A DNA stretch of 64,000 nt from a virus, in the IMG/VR virus record IMGVR_UViG_3300033148_003591, positions 1-64,000 of that record. One strand, written 5' to 3'. The position numbers were made by a program, and so were the translations under genes. The stretch's first letter is position 1. Each line of letters begins with the position of its first letter. Below the pieces are notes generated by a model that was given only the letters and a program-made list of their open reading frames with translations, had not been told where the DNA came from and did no database searches. Positions 58,363 through 64,000 of this stretch are shown here, piece by piece.

Positions 58363-59079
58363 TTATTTATCTTTATTCTCCATTATATATGTAAAATAAG
58401 CATACCAATAATCTCTATTAAAATTAGCTCTAAGATTACAGCATCTGCAAGTTGTTATTAAATTATTATCATCACAATTTTGTTTGTCATAATCAATATG
58501 ATGAATATGTAATAATTGATGATATTTTTCTTTATGCTTAGTTTCTATTATTCCACAGACCTGACATTTATAATTATCTCGTATTTTAATTTTACGTTTT
58601 AATATTTTTGAAAATGTTAACGGATATGGTTTATTACCTTCTCCATGAATATAGGATGAATTATTTTCGCCCATATTTATTTTACTCCAGCAATCATAAC
58701 ATCTTTGTGCTGTCCAACTAATTTCTTTTTTACATTTTTTACAATAATTGGGAGTAATACTTTTTCCATGTTTATAACTAGGTGCATTCTTACCAATTCT
58801 TAATTTACCACCTCTAGGCTTGTTTTTTCGGCTTTTAGGAAAGCAAATTATACATAGTTTACTATCATAATTCATTAATTGCTTTCCACAATTCAAGCAA
58901 AATGGTTTCCCACCTTTCCAATTAGGATTATCTTTCCCTCCCCGTCGCTTACCATATTGAGGATTTAATTTGCCTAAATTAGCACATCTTCTGCATCTTT
59001 GGTTTCCATAAAGAGCTGTTCTTTTACATATTTTATTTACTTTACAATTTTTGCAATAGTATTTTTTAATCTTTATCAT
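58363..59079 (-). CDS. HNH endonuclease with repeated Zn-finger/GxxNPxW modules
   Basis: RDNYKCQVCG...HIHHIDYDK.N....NLIT.C..C; repeated G..NP.W/Y. Confidence 0.8.
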   Translation of the reverse strand: MIKIKKYYCKNCKVNKICKRTALYGNQRCRRCANLGKLNPQYGKRRGGKDNPNWKGGKPFCLNCGKQLMNYDSKLCIICFPKSRKNKPRGGKLRIGKNAPSYKHGKSITPNYCKKCKKEISWTAQRCYDCWSKINMGENNSSYIHGEGNKPYPLTFSKILKRKIKIRDNYKCQVCGIIETKHKEKYHQLLHIHHIDYDKQNCDDNNLITTCRCCNLRANFNRDYWYAYFTYIMENKDK

Positions 59080-60010
59080 TTCTATATCTCACAAAAACAG
59101 GATGTCTAGGTACATTTAATGCTCCCTCCAGCATTCCTTTATATTCAATTATTTTATTTATATAGTTTTCTTTATTATCCCAAATTTCCTCTTTTTCCTT
59201 ATCAGTTAATGCAATTACTACCTTTAAATCATTACCTTTATATTCAACCAAAAATGCTGCTGCTTTATTAATTAAAATTCTATCATCTTTCTTTTTTGAA
59301 GTTTTTGAATATCCAAGTTCGGTAATTTCTTTTTCAGCAGACGGATTAACAACAGTCGCTTGAATTACATCTTTAATTTTACTATCAAATGTACGAAAAT
59401 TTTTTATTTTATATACTAAACCTTCTTTTAATGTTCCACGTCCACATTTATAGTGTCCGTTTGGGTCTTTTAATATTAATCCTTCATATCCATCTTTTAA
59501 TGCATCTTCAAAAAAATTCTCTATATCGCTTTTTGAATTTAAAGAAGTTTGAATGACTGGAATTATTAAATCATTTCGGCAAATTGAAATCACAGTAACA
59601 TTTTTATTTCTGTTAATGAATTGGTTATTATAATTTTCATTTGCAATACAATCAAACATATAAAATTTTAATACTTCTGGTATTTCTAATATCTCACCGA
59701 ATTTTTTAATGCTCTTTTTATCTTCAAAATCTTGTGTCATTACATATCTTGTGATTTCTTGGAATGTCATTCTATGTGCATAAATTTCTCCATCTAAAAT
59801 TACATTAAATTCTTTTGAATAATCTTTTAATGGTTGAAATTTTTTTTGAAGCTGTTTATTTTGTATTTGTTTTAAAGAACGGCTTAACATTTCTCCGTTT
59901 TTAAATATACATCTTATTCCATCCAATTTATAGCTCGCTAATATAGGATAATTTATTTCATCTAAATTAACAGATTGATTTGGTGCAAGAAACGGTTTAA
60001 ATGATTTCAT
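59066..60010 (-). CDS. lig: ATP-dependent DNA ligase (minimal)
   Basis: KLDGIR, DGE, FD, EGLIL, K.K, PRHPVF. Confidence 0.9.
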   Translation of the reverse strand: MKSFKPFLAPNQSVNLDEINYPILASYKLDGIRCIFKNGEMLSRSLKQIQNKQLQKKFQPLKDYSKEFNVILDGEIYAHRMTFQEITRYVMTQDFEDKKSIKKFGEILEIPEVLKFYMFDCIANENYNNQFINRNKNVTVISICRNDLIIPVIQTSLNSKSDIENFFEDALKDGYEGLILKDPNGHYKCGRGTLKEGLVYKIKNFRTFDSKIKDVIQATVVNPSAEKEITELGYSKTSKKKDDRILINKAAAFLVEYKGNDLKVVIALTDKEKEEIWDNKENYINKIIEYKGMLEGALNVPRHPVFVRYRNDKD

Positions 60011-61290
60011 TATTTATCTCCTAAATTGTATTTACAGTTAGGACACATTCCAGTATCCTTACCAATTTTAATTAATTCCTTTATTTTCACATCATTTTGC
60101 TCTATTTGGCTTGTAAGAGCACTTTTCTGACTTTCGAGTGTCTTTATTGCTTTATTAGCAGAAGTAAGCTGTATCACGCTGTTTTTAATGGTTTTGACCC
60201 TATTATGCAACTCTTTTAAGGCTGATATATCTATCTGCTGAGATTTTTTAGTTAAAAGCTCCTTTTCGTATGTTTTAATGTTTGTAGTAGATATTTTATA
60301 CTCATTTAATAATCTGGACAATTTATCTATTTTTTTGGACAGTTCTTTAATTGGTGATAAATTTATTACATGTAATGTTGATAATTTTTCTTCATCACTT
60401 TTAATATTAACAGTAAGTCTATTATGATTTTTTATTAAAGGGGTTAATAAATTGTTCTTATTGTTTATTTTTTTGAGTGTATCAATTTCATCTTGATTAA
60501 TAATTTTTATTTTACTTTTTGATAAATTTAGTTCCTGTAAATTGCAATTAATTTCTTCTATTTTATCAACAGCTATTCTAAGTTTTTTATTACGTTTTTC
60601 TAATTCTGTTATTTCATCTATTATTGTTTTAACTTCATTTAATAAAACTCTTTTTGTGGTTAATTCATAATCTACTTTATTTGCATGTTCTCTATTACTA
60701 TTTAATTCTGTTTCTAAAATTCCTTTTTCTCTATTAATTCCAGAGATATCTTTGTTATATGAATGAACAGTTCTATCTATTACTTCACAGCCCGTAAGTT
60801 TATTTAATATTTTCATTCTAAACGAACCCTTTTCACCTAAAAAGAAATAAGGCTCTTTTTGTTTAGTAAAATCCAATAGTAATTTTTCACCATCAACTTC
60901 TAATTCTACCTTACCTAATAGTTCTGCAATTTTAGGAGGAATAATTTTACCTACTTTTTTATATTCATCAGGTTTTACTTTGCCAGGATAATAAACTTCA
61001 TAACGATTAATAGTGCTAGATTTAATTTTTCCAGTTTTTTTATCTCTAGTTACGTGCTTAATTCTTTTAATCTTAATTCCACTATCTAATGTAGCAGTAA
61101 ATGAACATTTAGTTTCTCCATCACGTACAATAGAGCGTTGTGGTTCTCCGTATAACCACATTAAACCTCTTAACACACCAGTCTTGCCCATTCCACTATC
61201 ACCATGTAATATGTTAAGACCTTTTGTAAGAGGTAAAGTTAAATCCTTATGTTTTTGTATATTTTTTAATTTAAACTCTGTGAAGTGCAT
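60010..61290 (-). CDS. Rad50/SbcC N-terminal half ending in zinc hook
   Basis: L.NIQ.H, Walker A GDSGMGKT, Q-loop, coiled coil, terminal CPNC. Confidence 0.8.
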   Translation of the reverse strand: MHFTEFKLKNIQKHKDLTLPLTKGLNILHGDSGMGKTGVLRGLMWLYGEPQRSIVRDGETKCSFTATLDSGIKIKRIKHVTRDKKTGKIKSSTINRYEVYYPGKVKPDEYKKVGKIIPPKIAELLGKVELEVDGEKLLLDFTKQKEPYFFLGEKGSFRMKILNKLTGCEVIDRTVHSYNKDISGINREKGILETELNSNREHANKVDYELTTKRVLLNEVKTIIDEITELEKRNKKLRIAVDKIEEINCNLQELNLSKSKIKIINQDEIDTLKKINNKNNLLTPLIKNHNRLTVNIKSDEEKLSTLHVINLSPIKELSKKIDKLSRLLNEYKISTTNIKTYEKELLTKKSQQIDISALKELHNRVKTIKNSVIQLTSANKAIKTLESQKSALTSQIEQNDVKIKELIKIGKDTGMCPNCKYNLGDK

Positions 61291-61302
61291 TATTTATTTT
61301 CC

Positions 61303-61884
61303 TTATTTCGTTTTCCATTTAGAACCTTTAGTTAAATTATCTTTTGCCCACAAAGGCTGTAAGTTTGTGTAATTAAAGCATTTACGTTGTTCAGATTTTT
61401 TACTTAAATCAAAGCTGATACATGGTCTTTTGTGGTCAATGTGCCACTTACCATAGTTATCCCAATTCATTCCTTTAGTAAATTGAGACTGAAGATGATA
61501 TAATAAATAGTCAACTTCGCAACCAATTAAAAACATTGTGGATAGTGATTTATTATTATTTTTTATAGAAGCATTCATACGTCTTCGTAAATTACGCAGA
61601 ATTTTAAAATTTATATCTTTTTTATATTTATCTGTAAACCATTTATTCTTTTCTTTTTTATGTTTTGAATTATATTTTTTAACATCCAGAGATATTTTTT
61701 CTTTATTTTTTAATCTATAAATAACTCGCCATTTTTTATATTCAAACTTATGATTATCTCTGTATTTTTTATTTCTTATATTATCACATATTTTACACCA
61801 ACTACATTTTCCATCAACATGGGATGCATTTGGATAAAATTCATCTAAAGATTTTTCTATTTTACATTTAGTACAAATTTTCAT
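61303..61884 (-). CDS. HNH / endonuclease VII-like nuclease (family B) with N-terminal Zn finger
   Basis: KICTKC...SWCKIC; WHIDHKRPC; NLQPLW; TAATG coupling. Confidence 0.8.
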   Translation of the reverse strand: MKICTKCKIEKSLDEFYPNASHVDGKCSWCKICDNIRNKKYRDNHKFEYKKWRVIYRLKNKEKISLDVKKYNSKHKKEKNKWFTDKYKKDINFKILRNLRRRMNASIKNNNKSLSTMFLIGCEVDYLLYHLQSQFTKGMNWDNYGKWHIDHKRPCISFDLSKKSEQRKCFNYTNLQPLWAKDNLTKGSKWKTK

Positions 61885-63476
61885 TACAGTTTCCATTTCC
61901 CATATACAGAAAATATCATTTGTCTACTTCCATTAGAATAAACTAAGCATCCAGCATTAGCCCATCCACTAGCCCCTCTATTATAACCCACTTTAAGATA
62001 TGTACTTGTTCCTACAACCCACACACCACGAACAATGGCTGGAGAATGAGCATGACCAATTATACAATTACCATAAGCATTTTCTAAGTTTCTAATATTT
62101 CCTCTTGAGCCATTGCTACCTAAATCACCGTGAGCACCACATTCAATCTTGGCAATTACATAATCTTCATCCCTATTTAGCCATTTAATTGATTTTCTTA
62201 ATCTCTTGGGTAATCTGCCTACACTTTCAATGGCATATTTTAATGGGTCACAACCCTTAATTTGTGCTTCGGCTAAATGTAAAGCTGTTCTTAAATTATA
62301 TGGGTCATGAATATAATCTCCACTTTCTAACCATTTATCAAGCCATTCATCATGATTTGATTTAACAATAACAATTTCTTTAACACCGTTTAATCGTATA
62401 CCTTTAATATAATTTGCTATTTTAATAAACTCATTATCCATGTTTAATTGTCCTTTTATAGCCTTTCTTGCTTGTAATGAGCGTCTTTTTTTATCGTGAT
62501 GGCATACTGCTGTACCATTGTATAAATCATGAATAATCCATTTTTTACAATTTGTGAATTTTGAAATTTCATACCAATTTCTTATTACCTCTAAATCTGT
62601 ATCACCAATATGAAAATCTCCAGGTACAAATGCTGTAGGAGCTAATTTAGATACTTTATTGTTATTATATAACTTACCTAAATCCACAAATGAACCATTT
62701 GCATCTGCTTGAATCTGTCTAAAATAAAATACACGGCTATCTTTAATTTCAACAATGATAGCACCTAATGTATGGTCACTTTCAGCAATATAAGCAGTTC
62801 GTTTGCTAAAATAATAACTACTGTCATAATCTGATTCTGTAATTGCGCCTGTGGTCATTAATACGGCAGGTATTTTTACATTTGAAACAGGCACTGCTTC
62901 TAAGAACTGTTTAGGTGATGCATAAATACAGCTTCCATTCCTTTGACCTATACGTTTTAATCCGGTTAATGGATTAATTTGTTTGGCTGAAATTTTGATT
63001 GAAGAAATGAATAAATTATTATTTAACTTCGTATCTCTCATAATAACTTGTTCGCCCTTTAAATCATTACTTAAATAGAATTCTGTTTTACTTCTTCTTT
63101 TTGCAGGGTCTTCAATTGGAAGAATAAGTAATTTGGCTTTATTTACTTTACAATAGTGTTTAATACTATTTAAAAATTTAACATTTACTTTTCCATCAGA
63201 TACGGCTGTTGTTACTATAAATTTATCTCCTGGCTTTACATTTAATTGTTCTTTTTTTACAGTGCCATCGAAAATATTAAATCCAATATTATTTTCAATT
63301 AATTTTTTATTTTCTTTTATAACTATTTTCTTTAAATTTGTAAGACAAGCAAAATGTTTCCTGATAATATTTCGATTTATACCAGCATTAAACATGTCTG
63401 TTCTTGTAGGAAAGGTTTTTTTAGTTTTTAATATTGATAAATAAATATCTATTATTTGTTTATCTCTTTTTGTCAT
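61884..63476 (-). CDS. T5 A1-like metallophosphoesterase nuclease
   Basis: GDFH, HD, SNHD, HGDLGSNGSRG, GHAHSP, YN.G.SGW; family assignment from memory of A1 motifs. Confidence 0.65.
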   Translation of the reverse strand: MTKRDKQIIDIYLSILKTKKTFPTRTDMFNAGINRNIIRKHFACLTNLKKIVIKENKKLIENNIGFNIFDGTVKKEQLNVKPGDKFIVTTAVSDGKVNVKFLNSIKHYCKVNKAKLLILPIEDPAKRRSKTEFYLSNDLKGEQVIMRDTKLNNNLFISSIKISAKQINPLTGLKRIGQRNGSCIYASPKQFLEAVPVSNVKIPAVLMTTGAITESDYDSSYYFSKRTAYIAESDHTLGAIIVEIKDSRVFYFRQIQADANGSFVDLGKLYNNNKVSKLAPTAFVPGDFHIGDTDLEVIRNWYEISKFTNCKKWIIHDLYNGTAVCHHDKKRRSLQARKAIKGQLNMDNEFIKIANYIKGIRLNGVKEIVIVKSNHDEWLDKWLESGDYIHDPYNLRTALHLAEAQIKGCDPLKYAIESVGRLPKRLRKSIKWLNRDEDYVIAKIECGAHGDLGSNGSRGNIRNLENAYGNCIIGHAHSPAIVRGVWVVGTSTYLKVGYNRGASGWANAGCLVYSNGSRQMIFSVYGKWKL

Positions 63477-63644
63477 TTTATTTCTCCTTTGGATAAAGTT
63501 TACTAAACACTCTTAGGGCAAAGTCATGTTCCATTTCACCTGAAGTTTCTAGTCCATGTTCTTCCGCCCATTCTTGTGCAACACCTATAAGGTCTATCAT
63601 TATCGCTCTTTTTTTATCGTAATCCATTATTTCTCCTTACTTAA

Positions 63645-63672
63645 AGTATATCACACATTCTGTATTTGTCAA
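63645..63672 (-). promoter_or_regulatory. sigma70-type promoter
   Basis: GCCC-TTGACA-N16-TATACT followed by TTAAGTAAGGAG. Confidence 0.85.
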
Positions 63673-63676
63673 GGGC

Positions 63677-63859
63677 TTATTGTCTTTCTTGAATAAAAGT
63701 ATCAGCTAAATAAACACTTCCATTTAAAGGTACTACAGAATCCACCACACGATTACTATTTAATTTATTTATACTATCTACAAGTTCTTTATGTCCATCT
63801 GCTATCACATAAGTAAAACTATCTCCATCATAATTATTTATTTGTATTAAATATTTCAT
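63677..63859 (-). CDS. small hypothetical protein
   Basis: GGGAG RBS. Confidence 0.6.
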   Translation of the reverse strand: MKYLIQINNYDGDSFTYVIADGHKELVDSINKLNSNRVVDSVVPLNGSVYLADTFIQERQ

Positions 63860-64000
63860 TTTAATCTCCCATCTTTTCTATTGTTCCATTTTGCATATTA
63901 ACAACATGCCAATTATGTATTCCTTTTATTTTTTCAGTATTAGTTAATACATTTATTTCAAATGTGTCGTCACGCATACAAATACAGATTTGATTTCCTT

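Noticed and set aside
2565-63444. Antisense and nested ORFs in the track (e.g. 2565, 2626, 10523, 15855, 17450, 20260, 23313, 34149, 45342, 61013)
   Set aside because: Shadows of real genes on the opposite strand or frame, without RBS or motifs
1-64000. tRNA genes, reverse transcriptase (DGR/retron), integrase, stop-codon reassignment
   Set aside because: No cloverleaf or T-loop, YxDD RT or recombinase recognised by eye; conserved genes are intact under code 11. A tRNAscan run is still advisable

Overview
AT-rich segment of a large tailed dsDNA phage, siphovirus-like (tube and tape measure, no sheath gene); no host genes, tRNAs, rRNA, integrase or CRISPR array were seen. All functional calls come from motif recognition and synteny, without database searches. 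Layout: (i) 1-700, small leftward ORFs; (ii) ~700-2270, a divergent non-coding region with promoters, a minigene-bearing small transcript and 25-bp quasi-palindromic sites; (iii) 2.3-12.5 kb, early small genes including a Pol-beta nucleotidyltransferase, CCA-adding enzyme, MazG-like, orphan HicB, adenine MTase, KTSC and thioredoxin; (iv) 12.7-42.6 kb, morphogenesis genes: putative TerS, intein-containing TerL, portal with a ChaB-like tail, protease/scaffold, capsid, fibre, connectors, tube, chaperones, tape measure and baseplate; (v) 42.6-64 kb on the minus strand, a glycan-modification cluster (KdsA, cupin, a B12-radical SAM/GT2/KpsS-like/LicD-like fusion, a second radical SAM, GT2, a Maf/GT42-like transferase, a DMT-like membrane protein) and DNA metabolism genes (Mre11, split Rad50, ATP-dependent ligase, T5 A1-like nuclease). 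Best candidates for undescribed biology: a phage-encoded Kdo glycosylation pathway, a ~330-nt nested structured RNA just upstream of terL, and six free-standing nucleases from two families sharing variable arrays of a 15-aa helical repeat.
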